DNA from: Paramecium tetraurelia
Lineage: Eukaryota
Assembly (NCBI GenBank): GCA_000165425.1
Contig: CT867999.1
Location: 62,001 to 126,000, forward strand
Reading direction: 5' to 3'
DNA length: 64,000 nt
Both the position numbers and the translations under genes were made by a program. This document shows, piece by piece, positions 52,339-64,000 of the stretch; positions within the stretch are counted from its first letter, which is position 1; every line of letters begins with the position of its first letter. Under the pieces are notes generated by a model that saw only the letters and a list, made by a program, of their open reading frames with translations, searched no databases and had not been told where the DNA came from.

Positions 52339-55300
52339 ATGAGAAGATTGTTTTTGTTCATAAATTTGTATATCACAATGGAGTTATTGATTTGCAGGGA
52401 TGAGATGGGACTCACGTTGCAAATTGACAAATCTGTTTAGATACCGCAATACAATTGTACTCTGAATGTGAGCAACGAGAAATTAATGAATATGACATCT
52501 TCTGGGGGCTAACTTAAAGTAATTGGAACTGAATTGCTATTGACTTAAACTGTAATCCTGGCTGGATTCAAGGTTGTTGAGTTCTAGAACATCACTATAG
52601 ACACATTAACTGACACAATAGACATCATAGGTCCAGTTCTGCTTTCGAATGTGATTCTCCTGAGGAATTGTTAAATAAGAAGCACCACCATGTAGATTCG
52701 AGGGTCTTAGATGATAGGGATGACCTATTAAAACACGTCAGCATTTCAATCTCCCATGGAGATCGACGGACTCTACATTTCAGATTGCACTTTTTTCAGA
52801 AGCTAACTAAGTTCCCAGATGATCCAACTAAGAAACGTCATTATTGATTAAGTGAGTTTTATCAATTCCACTCTCTCCCCGCAAACCTAAGTGAACAGAT
52901 TAACTCTCAATAATTCATTTGTGGTTTAAAGCATTTTGATTGAGACAGATATATCGCAAGAAGTCACATTCCAAAATACCTACCTCACTCTCTCGACTGG
53001 AATTCTGGCCAAGGGAGCTCTCTACACCACCGTGCTCAACGTGACTCTCTCTCAAAGTGTTTTGATACAACTTCAAAGTGAAAACTAAATCAAGCTCTCA
53101 AGTTTGAAAATCAACAGAGTGATATCAGACTCGCAAGTGATCGTAGCCTCAAGTCAATATGTCTATTTGTATAATAGTACAATAACTGAAGTGGAGAGCA
53201 AGGCGTTCTTCAACATGGATAGTCAGAATATCTTTCTTCAGTAAATAATAATTTCCTCTTTGGTTGGACCCCTGTTGGTATCAAAATGCGATCAAACCAA
53301 CGTGATGCTTAATTACTTCACCATTTCCAATAGTCATCAAAGAGGCCTCTTTCAAATTAAGGGAGCCTTCTCACTCTCTAAAGGCAATTTCAATTCCATG
53401 TTTGGCCTAATAATCAATTCCCAAACGATCACGGAATTAAATGTTGATTAGGTGGAATTCAAATAAATTAACAATTCGATCCTGATCAACCTAAAAGAAT
53501 CTTCTCTTACTTAACTAACTAATGTTCTCATAGAAGACTGTTCCTCAATTCAGATAGCAAAACTAGAAACTGTTGTGTATTTGATGATCCGCAATCTCAC
53601 AATCAACAATTGCAATGAATGCAATTTCTTGACTTTGAACGCATCTTAGGCCGATCTCACTCACATCAAAATGTTTCAAATTAGCAACTTTCTTACCCCT
53701 CTAATTTAGGCGTTAGAAAGTGATATAAATGCCAAAGGGTTGTATTTGAATACTATCACTTTTAATAATAAGGAGTTGATAACTACACAGAATTGCTCAA
53801 AACTAGTATTAACCGACCTACAATTTACAAACATCGATTGTCCTTAGTGTAATGGTATCATAGTGATCAGATAGAGCACTCACATCGAGATATTCAAGTC
53901 AACATTCAAGAATACTCAAAGCTTCTCTGGATTTATAAGTGTCCAAGATTCGAACAATTTTATAGCTTACAATAGCACTTTCACCAATATTTCTGCCAAT
54001 CAGGGTTCTGCCTATGTAATATCCAATACAGCGATTAAGATCTATGGAAATCAATTCATCGACCTCACATCTCCAGAGGGAGGAGTGATCTACTTGAACC
54101 AATCATCAGGATTATCCCATTACATTCAATAGAATCTGTTCAACAATTGCTCAATGAAGACTGACAAGCACATCTTCATGCTCACTAGCGAGATAGTGGA
54201 ACCTGACATCTTAACCTATGTAACCGGCCCTGTGTATCTGGTTGTCAATAACGATAGTTATCTATTCGATAATCTGATCAAAAGAAAGGACATCATACAT
54301 AAGGAGAATTATAAGAGTGGATAGACATTGGAATTGAAGATAGCCATCTTGGATAGTGGAAGGAATAGGATATGCGATTTTAAGAACTACCTAGCCATAG
54401 AAGAGAAGATATTTGAGTTTGATGAATTGGAATGCCAATATGAAGTGTTCTATACACATTATCAACAACAACCGAAGAATGAGACAATCCAAGTTCTACT
54501 TGAATTTCAATCGCTTACGTTCTACAATGATACTTTTAAATTACCAATATACTTAAGTCTGATTCAATGTGAGATTGGAGAGGAATGGGAAAATCAGTCC
54601 TGTCTTAAATGTCCAGCTGGATCATACAGTTTAGACAATTTCAACCATTGCTAATAGTGTATCACCTCAATAGAGTCATGTCCTGGAGGTTCAGAATTAG
54701 TATTGAAATAAGGATATTGGAGAGCCAATAAGACTACTGACAGTATTGAGTATTGCCAGTCATCGGTGTCTCAGTGTTTAGGTGGATCTGAGGAATTCAC
54801 TTGTAGTTAGGGTTACACTGGAGCATTGTGTGATGATTGCGATTATTATGCAGAACATTGGAACAATTCATACACTCGTGGTTTTGGAGGGAATTGCACA
54901 CTATGTCAGAATGATGTCTTCAACATCTTCAAGATAATTCTCTCTTTCTCTTGGATCCTCATTGCTTTATTCATATCCATTAGAGGGAGTTTAAGATTGG
55001 TAAGAGCATAACTGTCTGCTCATTATCTCAGAATGATGGGCATATTCTTTGCCACCAGATCTACCATGGTGATCGATCAAACTGAAATCCTAATTAAGCT
55101 ATTCTCCAGTTACTTCCAATTGATATCAATCGTTTAAGTCATTGACTTTGATTTCCCCACTCCAATAGAAGTGATTGCATAAGCGATTGGCAATCCCCTA
55201 TCCACTTTGGGATACTCAATAGAATGTTTCTTATTGAATTCGTAATTGCAAATTGAAATTGTGTACTTGAGACAATTCTGGAACTTGTTTGTGTCCTTGT

Positions 55301-56560
55301 TGTTTGTGTTTTCATTTGTGTTCATCTACTCTCTGATTCAATTGTGCAAACAAAGTCAAATGGAGAACTCAATCAAAACCATCTTCATATCTTGTCTCAT
55401 CCAAGTGAACTTTTATTTCCAAGGCGATATCATCGAGGGTCTCCTGCAGTTGATGTTCTGCATCAAAGCCTCTGGACAATATTACATCCTGGCAGCCACA
55501 TCTTACATGTGTTACACTGAGGAATACTACCTTTACCTGAAGATACTCATCATCCCCACATTGATTTTGGTAGGAATAGTGTCTCCCCTCTTTTACATCA
55601 TCAAGCTCTACAGGAACAAGAACAAACTGTGGACTTGCCAATTGCGTATGCCTTACGGGTACTTGTATGTGGAATACAAGGACAATTACTACTACTGGGA
55701 GTTCGTGTGTTTCTTCATCAAGTCACTATTTTACCTACTGGAAACTCTGTTGATCCAAGACATCAAACTGATGTTCCTGTTCGCCATACTTATTCTGCTG
55801 GTCTACTTAGAATTGCTGAACAAGCATCACCCCTACATTGAGAAACAGTACAATTTTATTGATAAGATCTCCACTCAATTGGCAATGGTCACTTTGATTC
55901 TGTCATATAGTTAAGACAAGAACCCCTACACTTCATTGGTGTACATCCTATCAATATTGTGTTCAGTGCTCAATTTGCTCTATTGTACTTACATATTTTC
56001 CAAGATCATCAGGGAATACTTGTCGAGTCTAAAACAACAACACATCGAGAGAATTGTGAATCTTATTATTCGTTACCCTTGCATTAAATACTGCATTAAA
56101 AAACCCAAGAATTATTACAACAGGAGAAAGGCTTGTTTGTTGTGGAAGAAAGTCAGAGTGTATGTGATGGAGTTTATCGAGAAGCTGAAATTGCAGAAAT
56201 CGAACAACAACCTCAATTAAGATTACTAGTTACAATCGAGCACACACAGACCAAACACTTCATCAACCAACACTACCATCAGTCTCCTTAATTCAATGGC
56301 ACCTCAATTATTAAAATACATGTAAAGTCATTAATTAATGTGATAGAAAACACAACAGGAACAGTTCCAGAGTGCAACCAGAAACAGACAGTCGATCATC
56401 CAAAAAGAACTTAGATCAAAATGACTTCAACAGCGTGGTTTCAGCATACATTGATCCAAACAATAGTGTCGATGCCGAAACACCCTAGCTTCCCAAGAAG
56501 AGTACTGTCTCAAGCATTTTTTCTTATGTAGTCAATAATCATGGGTAAACCCCATTGTGA
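52339..56560 (+). CDS. Large membrane protein: beta-helix-like ectodomain, Cys-rich region, multi-TM C-terminus
   Basis: Single frame from 52339 to about 56321 linking the ORF-track pieces; CLKCPAGSYS, CPGG..GYWR..CLGG..GYTGALCDDC, YGYLYVEYKDNYYYWEFV; final 25-nt intron then TGA 56558-56560. Confidence 0.88.
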
Positions 56561-56708
56561 ATGTGAAATTAATTACTTAATATTATTTATTATAATTTGG
56601 AATTTAATTTCAAGTTGAAAATATTATAGACTAAGTAGATATTCGTATTGTTTAGTGATCTCTCATTTAATTGATGATATTTTAATTTGATTAATTTTAA
56701 TAATTAGT

Positions 56709-57868
56709 ATGAGTATATCAACAACTTGTGAATTCGATCATTCCAATAAAACTGTGCATCGGAAATTCAAGAGCTTACACTTCAAAACCAAATAAGATCC
56801 CCTTATCACTGTTAAACCATTCGAAACTCCAAATCACGGACATCAATTTCAACGCAATTTCTCTCATTACCTCAAAGGAGATCTCAATGTCTCCACTCTT
56901 ATCCAAACTCTCAATTATCCCAGACTGACTGCAGAGAAACTAAACCCACGCAAAGAGGAAGCATCTCTAAAAATGCGTCAGTAAACAGAATAGAGAAGGA
57001 ACTATTTGAAGAGTAAACTCCTAAAAGTTCGAAATCTCATCAAAGACAAAGTGGCCATCAAAAAACCCCGCAACGAAGAGATGCGCTAAGGAAATGCCCA
57101 GACCTTGGCCATCGTCTAGACTATATTGGACATTGCCAATCATAAGGAAAACACAATAACTTACCAAAAGAAATTGATGCCAAAATCAAAGAGCCTTAAA
57201 CAATACAGACTCAATTATGACGATGTCGAACCCATCTGCAAAATGCAACGAGACTTTATTGATGCCATCCCTCCCAGACAATATCTGAAGTCCGTCTTGG
57301 AGAATAATGCCTAGTTGTACTTATAGGAATTGCAATCCAGAGCAGAACAACACGAGAACAACATCAATAAACTAGTGCGATTAAACATCCAGAACAAGAA
57401 GAAAGACTTCACCTTGTTTCATAAAGCTGCCAAAACTGACAGGAGAAATCAAGATGGCATTCTCACCATTGGCGATGTGCAACTCTACGATTACCTCTAC
57501 AATAACACTTAAGGTGTTAGGATTGAAAAGCATCCCAAATACATTCAAAATGTAATCGACTCTGGAGTTGATTTTCGTTAGAATTTAACAAGACGACTCC
57601 TTAGCACTCGAAATAAAAAGACTCATTATAATCAAGATCCTCCAGAGAACTCGGATGACTCTTGCGCTTCTTCACTACAGTCGGCTTGCGAGATTAAGTT
57701 GGATAACTATTACGAAGAAACCAGGGAGTGGAAACGCAAACAATACTTACAATTACCCAGACGTATTAAATAATTGATCGCCTTGGAAGAATTAAATTAG
57801 TAATTATTATTTTATCAATTAGGAAGGCCGTCCAAGCAACAGTTAATAAATTGTAATCTAAATCATGA
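56709..57868 (+). CDS. Hypothetical protein
   Basis: Long code-6 frame from ATG 56709, one 3' intron, TGA 57866-57868. Confidence 0.7.
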
Positions 57869-57909
57869 TAATAATAATTATTCAATTCCTTATAACAATT
57901 AATTAATTA

Positions 57910-58260
57910 ATGATCTTCACACCTGAACATTCCTCTCTTCTAAAGTGTTCACTAATTAAAATAAGAGTGTCCAAAGAATAACATAAATTAGAACTAATGT
58001 ACTATCCAATCAACCATTCTAAATGCCTTACTAAAATGATTACGTGGTGGAACAAGAATTAATTATATAATTTATAATTTTACTCAAGTATTTTCAACCA
58101 CCAGTATTATATAATTAACAACCACAAAAAGTCATTGAATTACTCTTATTCACATAGTTCCTAGATTATAATTTAGTGAGATCTTTTTAATCAAATCAAA
58201 TTGTGGTATAAAACAACTATTTTTGTCTTCTACTTATGAAAATTAGTTTAGGTTAGCTCA
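57910..58260 (+). CDS. Short hypothetical protein (end uncertain)
   Basis: MIFTPEHSSLLKCSLIKIRV.. with candidate introns. Confidence 0.3.
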
Positions 58261-58320
58261 ATCTAATTACCTTAATAAATCTATTATTATTTTGTTACAC
58301 TATTTAATTATTGTTTAATT

Positions 58321-59192
58321 ATGAATCGGCTCTTGATTACATAAACAGGTGAATAATTAAGAAATGAAATGAAGTAATAAGTTTACTCAGAACGAACTGG
58401 TAAACAAGTTATCAAAAAGGAGAAGCGACTTCCAGAACTTGTTCGTTAACCAACCAATTTGTTTATTGATACTGAAAGAGATAATATATTGTATCAAAAA
58501 ACTTTGTCTGAAGTCGCCCTTTCCAATCTCAATAGAGTAGCCAGTCTGAGTTTGTTGGGTCAGAAAAGCAAAAATAAATTGGAAACTCACATAAGGGAAG
58601 AGTTGAATCTCCCTCATAATTTTTAGTATTTAAATTAGAATCTTGACAAGCAGGTCAACAAGATTCTCTCAGATAAGGGTATGTTCTACCTTATGTTAAA
58701 GATTTGAAAACCAAGAGAAAAAGACATCTTTTGACAGAGTTGAAACGAATCGAAAAAAAAAGAACAACTTCCCATAATGAAGATGTCTCACTCTTCTCCT
58801 CATGCATTGAAGAGTACGACAAAAATCAAAAGATGACTGCCATTATCAATGCAGAAGGCAAATTGGCCCAATTGACACGGAGATATAAGTAAAAAGAATT
58901 GAATGATTAAAAATTAAAGTTGAATCTAAATATAAGTCTAGAGAAAATGTAAGAGCATAAACATATGTTAATTGATGCTATTAATCCTCTAAGTCCAACA
59001 TAGATGAAAATAAACTCTTAGAGGTAATTCGATGACATGTTCTATGACAATTCAGAAGAAAGATTCCATAATCGATTACAAGAGAAACATGTGAAATCTA
59101 TTTGCTAGGTCTGGAATCAGTATCAATTTCCTAAATAAACAAAGCGTTGGACATAATTCATTGAAAATGCAAAATCATAAAAAAAATAGTGA
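58321..59192 (+). CDS. Hypothetical basic/coiled-coil protein
   Basis: MNRLLITQTGEQLRNEMKQ..; TGA 59190-59192; intron near 58678-58701. Confidence 0.6.
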
Positions 59193-59223
59193 GTTATTTA
59201 AAATTCCATTAAATACTAATATG

Positions 59224-60340
59224 TCAATAAAAATTTGGTTTATCTTTTGAAATCTTGGCAGCATCTTCTTACAGTTCCCCTTCATTCAATTCAACCAAAG
59301 ATTTCTAAAACTAATCAAGTAATTGCTCTTCTGAAATTGATTTCTCGATGTTGGTCTCCTCACCACTCTTGATAGCCTCTATCAAAGACAAACTAGTGTT
59401 TTTATCATACTCAATCATTCTGATTATCATTTGATAAAGGAATATTTTTGGATCAACTATCTTTTAAAATTCAGGATGTAGCATAATCGATGTCTGTATA
59501 ATAGAAAAGAAGGCATTGAACAACATATAAATCTATATGGCACATGGCCAATTGGCCAAGAATGGTAACCATAATATTAACAGAAACTAACCAACATTAC
59601 GCAATTTGGATGGCAAGGTATCTTTATTTTCTGGGGTGATGAATCTTTGAAGGTTGTAATAGTAACATATCACAGTCAAAGCAGGGACAATGAAGTAGGG
59701 ATCCATATTGGAGAGAGACTATTTAAATAAGGAGATTGATAATTACAGGTATCCAAAGGAAAGCAGTGGTTTTGAAGGATTCATCTATTAAAAGTCTACG
59801 GATGCTCCAAATTAAAGTAATAAGCATGGGTATATGGAATACATTGTACAGGAAGAGTCTCATCCATTTCAATCTCTATGAGTGGACAATCTTATATGAC
59901 AATCTCATCAAGGTGAAAAATTTCTTGGGTTTTGAATAATTGGTTTTGTCAATTAGTCTCTTCATTTGGGCAATGGCTGGAATAACAGTTGCTAATCTAG
60001 TTGTTCTTTTCATTTGCAAATATATCAGAGGAAGTAATGTAGATCTGGCAATTATACAAGTTAAGCTCAACACTCCAACCCAAGGAATGTGACAATCATG
60101 CAGATAGGTAAGTATTCCACTTCCAAAATCAACCACAGGATCAAACACTTATAAAGGACCTGGTAATGATGCCATGATATCAGGATCAAAAAATATCAAT
60201 CTATCAAAGAATGGTTGGTTTTATTCTAACGCCTCCATTTTTTATTAAATCTAAGGACTTGGTGCAATCGGACCCATTTATCCCACATGGAATCTAGGCA
60301 AGTAATTGAATCTCGGAGCCATCCTTAGAATTTTAATCAT
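59224..60340 (-). CDS. Oxa1/Cox18/YidC-family mitochondrial membrane insertase
   Basis: Presequence-like N-terminus; IPWVGVLSLTCIIARSTLLPL; FLWI..LSNMDPYFIVP; C-terminal TM segments. Confidence 0.8.
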
Positions 60341-61221
60341 TATAACTTTAATATTATTTGGGAAAAGGTTCAAAGTAAATAATATAAAAATAAAAATCAT
60401 TAGGAATATATATCTACTCTATCATAAGTTCTTTTTGGAACAGTAGATATTTTCAACACTATGAGAAGTCAAGGTTAAGTGATTTTACATATATTGCTCT
60501 AAACGATTCAGATTAATAATACATCATGAAGTTCAAAGAAATTAATATTTCATAGTCAGAAAATGCAAAATCATGATAAATATGAGATTTAATAAAGGTT
60601 ATAGAGTTTACGCCTATATTGCGGTCAATTGTGATACGGAACTATTTTCGTATAAAGTACAATAAGAAAGTGAAATAATAGAATAATCAATAATTTACAA
60701 ATAAGTTCTAATAAATAGGCAGATTATAAATGAAGACTTATTATGTTTCTAAGAACATTAGAGACTCTGATTAGAAATGCAAATAATTATATTAAGAAAC
60801 TCCAGAATAAGAACTTTATTGTGTAAATCAATAGATAATTAAGCAAAATAACTTACATACTGCATGTTCTTCAATAATTTGGACCTTAGAATTTTGAAGA
60901 AATGAAGCAAATTACCCACATTAAAAAAAGGTTTTAAATCTTTGTTTAAGGAGAAAATCTTCTCCCTTTTATGCTACTATTTCTACAAATACCCACCTTT
61001 TGGATCCACATATTTTTTAATTTAATGAAGTCTATCTATTAGACTTTATGGCCATTGGTAGGAGTGATAAATGATGATATCAATTATAAATAGAAATTAA
61101 ATACAAATGAGCCATTATTGGTTGGCAGTTGTTAAGAGAATATCTAAATTAGACAGTAAGTTGAGGTTAGTCGAGTTGTCGTAAATGAATATATATATTA
61201 TATATATATTTTAAAATTTTA

Positions 61222-61881
61222 ATGATTTAACTGTCTTCTGTGGAGAGAACAACCATGATAGAGTTGTTCTCTACATTTTTTGATCGCTTGAGTTCTCACA
61301 ATCCCTAGAGAGAGTAAATGCTAAAATCGTTATACTAATTTAAAGCATTACTATATGCAAACGATCCTGGAATAGAAAAATATTTACATGATCTATAAGG
61401 ATAGAAAGTCTCCACTCAAAAGGGATAATTCCTAAACCAAGAAATCTAGCAGTGTTAGAAAAGAACAAGAACCAATCATGCGTCATCCAAAGCGAAAAAC
61501 ATTAGGATGCGGACATGAAATTGATGTTGTAGATTCCTCAGGAGAATGTCTTGTATGCACAGCATAATCAGTAAATTCTAATATTCTAAATAGCCTTTTG
61601 ATGAATTTAAATCAAAATCTGCGAATGTCTTTAAAGTCTTGCAATCCTTAGACAATGATGATTTCTTTAGAGCCTTGCAATAACTAGACGTATTTCATAC
61701 AACTATTACATCAGGACCCTTTGACTATCTCTCTTTCCAAGTAAAGATGCTAATCCTCTACAGGGGAACTATTCAAAGACCCTATGAATTATTCGAGAAT
61801 GGCATTGGCAGAACAGCAAACCAACATCCAACAGATTATACGAAAATGTCTTCGATGCAATAAGGATATCTAAAATCATGA
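61222..61881 (+). CDS. Hypothetical protein with CGH..CxxC motif
   Basis: ATG 61222, two short introns, LGCGH..ECLVC, TGA 61879-61881. Confidence 0.55.
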
Positions 61882-62496
61882 TTCCAAAAATATTAGTTAC
61901 TTCTGTAATTCTTGCAAAAACTTTTGATTTTGATTTTATTTAGAATTAGTTAAAATATTTATTATTAAAATAAAATTTATTTATTAATCCATATAAATGG
62001 ATCCCATTAATATACTCGTTGTTAATCTTATGGTTGCTATAATTATCCATAGTTAGTGTCTTAATATATAATTCTACAATTAAATACTTCTCAAAATCTC
62101 AGTATATTTCTTAGATAGATCATATTTTTAAATTACTCATTTAGAAGTAAACTACAAAATTAGTCAAATTACCCTTTAATTTTTCATAATCTTTTTAGTT
62201 TTTGTTAGCAGAATACATAAATTTTTAAGATTTCCATTCTACATTAGATAAGGTATATTTTTCACCTAAGTAATTTCGCTTTCTTTATATATTCTACAAA
62301 AATTGTATTTTAATAATATTGTACTATCAATAATCAACTATAATAACTCATATATGTCTAAACTAAATTAGTTTGTTTAAATACTATATCCTATCAAAAT
62401 ATGTATAGGAATTCCTTACTCAAAGTTTTCAAAAACAAGAGAAGATTTAACAAGGGAATTCCTTGGAGATAAAACTCATTTAATTATTTATTAAAT

Positions 62497-62993
62497 ATGG
62501 ATGTCTTTTAAGCTTTAAATTGGAAATAAGTTAGAAATAAGTAGAACAAAAGATAATTTAAACTTTAAATATTGGGTAGAGCCCAATTAAAAAGGGAAGA
62601 ATAAAAGCAAGACTCTGTTTAGTATTTTACGATTAAGGATTATAATTTATAACCAAATATTCAAAGATATACACCACAAGGATGCTTGCAATTCTAAAGC
62701 AAAAGCAATAATAAAAGTTTGATAGATACGTCAGTTCACTTTGCAAGTGATAATGAACAATCTAGAACACGAACTCCTGATATTCGAGTCTTGAAGAGGA
62801 AGCAGAACGGGAAGGTTATATTTTAGACAATTCCAAAGATGAGATTTCCATAATAGCAGATCACATGTAAAATTGATTAAAACCTTGTAATTTAAAAATT
62901 GCAATTATAAACTCAATAAACTGTGAGGGTATTTGATATATGAATATAAGAAGGGTTTGTTCTTTTCAGAGAGAAATGGCAAAAGAAAGTGAT
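62497..62993 (+). CDS. Hypothetical protein
   Basis: Code-6 frame from ATG 62497; end depends on an intron near 62928. Confidence 0.5.
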
Positions 62994-63039
62994 TTGTTAA
63001 TAATAAATTTTATGGGTTTTAATATAATTATAAATTGTA

Positions 63040-63558
63040 ATGTAAGACTTGGAGGAACTCTTGAAAAAGCCTGAAATTTATGAAAATTTGTCTCTATTTA
63101 AGGAATTCTTGAAGGGAGTCAAGAAGTTATGTGATCAATTTGAGGAGAAAATTAAAATGATTCCTAAATAAGAAATTTAAGAGGATTTGGCAATTAGAAA
63201 GAAAATCGATAAGCAAATGTTGAAAAGGAAAAAAAAGAGAGATCAATAAAGCTAATCAGATACTCCAATCAAAGCATCCAAAAGTATATATACTGATTTA
63301 TGAAAGAATAGAGATAGTAAGCAATTGATGTCGATTAATTGGAAAAACTAAATGTAAGGCAGATATATAAATTTAATTTAGCTTAAAGATGGGTCTATGG
63401 TGGAAATCTAGGAACTAAATCAATCGTTTGAATTTCAAATGAACTCAAAAAAGTAGTCCAAAAGAATAAATTAAGATGTGAAAAGAGAAGAAGAAGATCC
63501 AAAAGGAATATAGGAGGAAGATTCCTTCGGTGGGAATATAGTATAAGAATATTAATGA
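63040..63558 (+). CDS. Hypothetical charged protein
   Basis: MQDLEELLKKPEIYENL..; short introns; TGA 63556-63558. Confidence 0.5.
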
Positions 63559-63616
63559 AATTAACAATAGGGATTATCAATTTTAAATTAATCATATAAA
63601 TATTTATTCCTGTATT

Positions 63617-64000
63617 CATTTTGGCTGAAGTCTATTTAAAAATATCGACTATCTGATGACAGGTTAAAGCTCTTGATTGACTGATCTCGGGCTTTGGATA
63701 TCATTCTTATCCTGATTGGCAATTATTTCATCTAAAGCAACTCTAACTTGAAATTAATTTTTAGCAGGATCAAATTTTCGTATCGATCCCTGGATGTCTT
63801 CAACTTACCTTGTTAACCGTAAAGGATTAGATAGGACTTCAGTAATATCTAAGAGTCGTTCTACTTTTTTTAAATAGTTAAAATAGGTAGATCTAGCTCG
63901 AGAATATCTTATAAGGTCTCTTATTCTTAACTTTGCAAATTTGGTTTGCGTATCTTTCTATTCTAGGTTTTCTAAGGTGGTGAATGTTTACTATTGATTA
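63617..64000 (-). CDS. 3' end of a hypothetical gene extending beyond the window
   Basis: Minus-strand frame ending ..NRLQPK* near 63617. Confidence 0.35.

Noticed and set aside
61997..62480. Possible small gene on either strand
   Set aside because: No consistent ATG-intron-TGA model or motif could be built
1..64000. tRNA/rRNA genes, telomeric repeats, retained IES or transposase
   Set aside because: None recognised by eye; short IES-like inserts cannot be excluded without a germline-versus-somatic comparison

Overview
This is AT-rich, gene-dense ciliate macronuclear DNA, most likely Paramecium. TAA/TAG read as Gln, TGA is the only stop, introns are tiny (about 22-31 nt, GT..AG) and intergenic gaps are often under 40 nt. 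The supplied ORF track uses standard stops and so fragments nearly every gene; I re-translated by hand with code 6. Recognisable genes: PI4-kinase (5'-truncated), a trichocyst matrix protein, INO1, AP-4 mu, RPL21, MsrB, an importin-alpha-like ARM protein, a PTB/hnRNP-L-like RRM protein, a TOG/HEAT protein, SCAMP-like, EF-hand, CCCH-RGG-propeller, B-box, FKBP, a large Cys-rich multi-TM protein and an Oxa1/YidC-family protein, plus many hypotheticals. The centre (about 19-45 kb) looks like an accessory block with two notable parts. (i) Three paralogous Cys-rich surface-receptor-like genes, two of them forming an inverted repeat with about 2.9-kb arms; their stalks are homogenised but their N-terminal heads diverge. 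(ii) A head-to-head pair: a GTPase-degenerate eEF1A paralog and a gene fusing Unkempt-type CCCH zinc fingers to a Schlafen/AlbA_2 nuclease domain with its acidic catalytic motif retained. This pair is the best candidate for an undescribed system. All calls come from manual translation and motif recognition; no database search was run.
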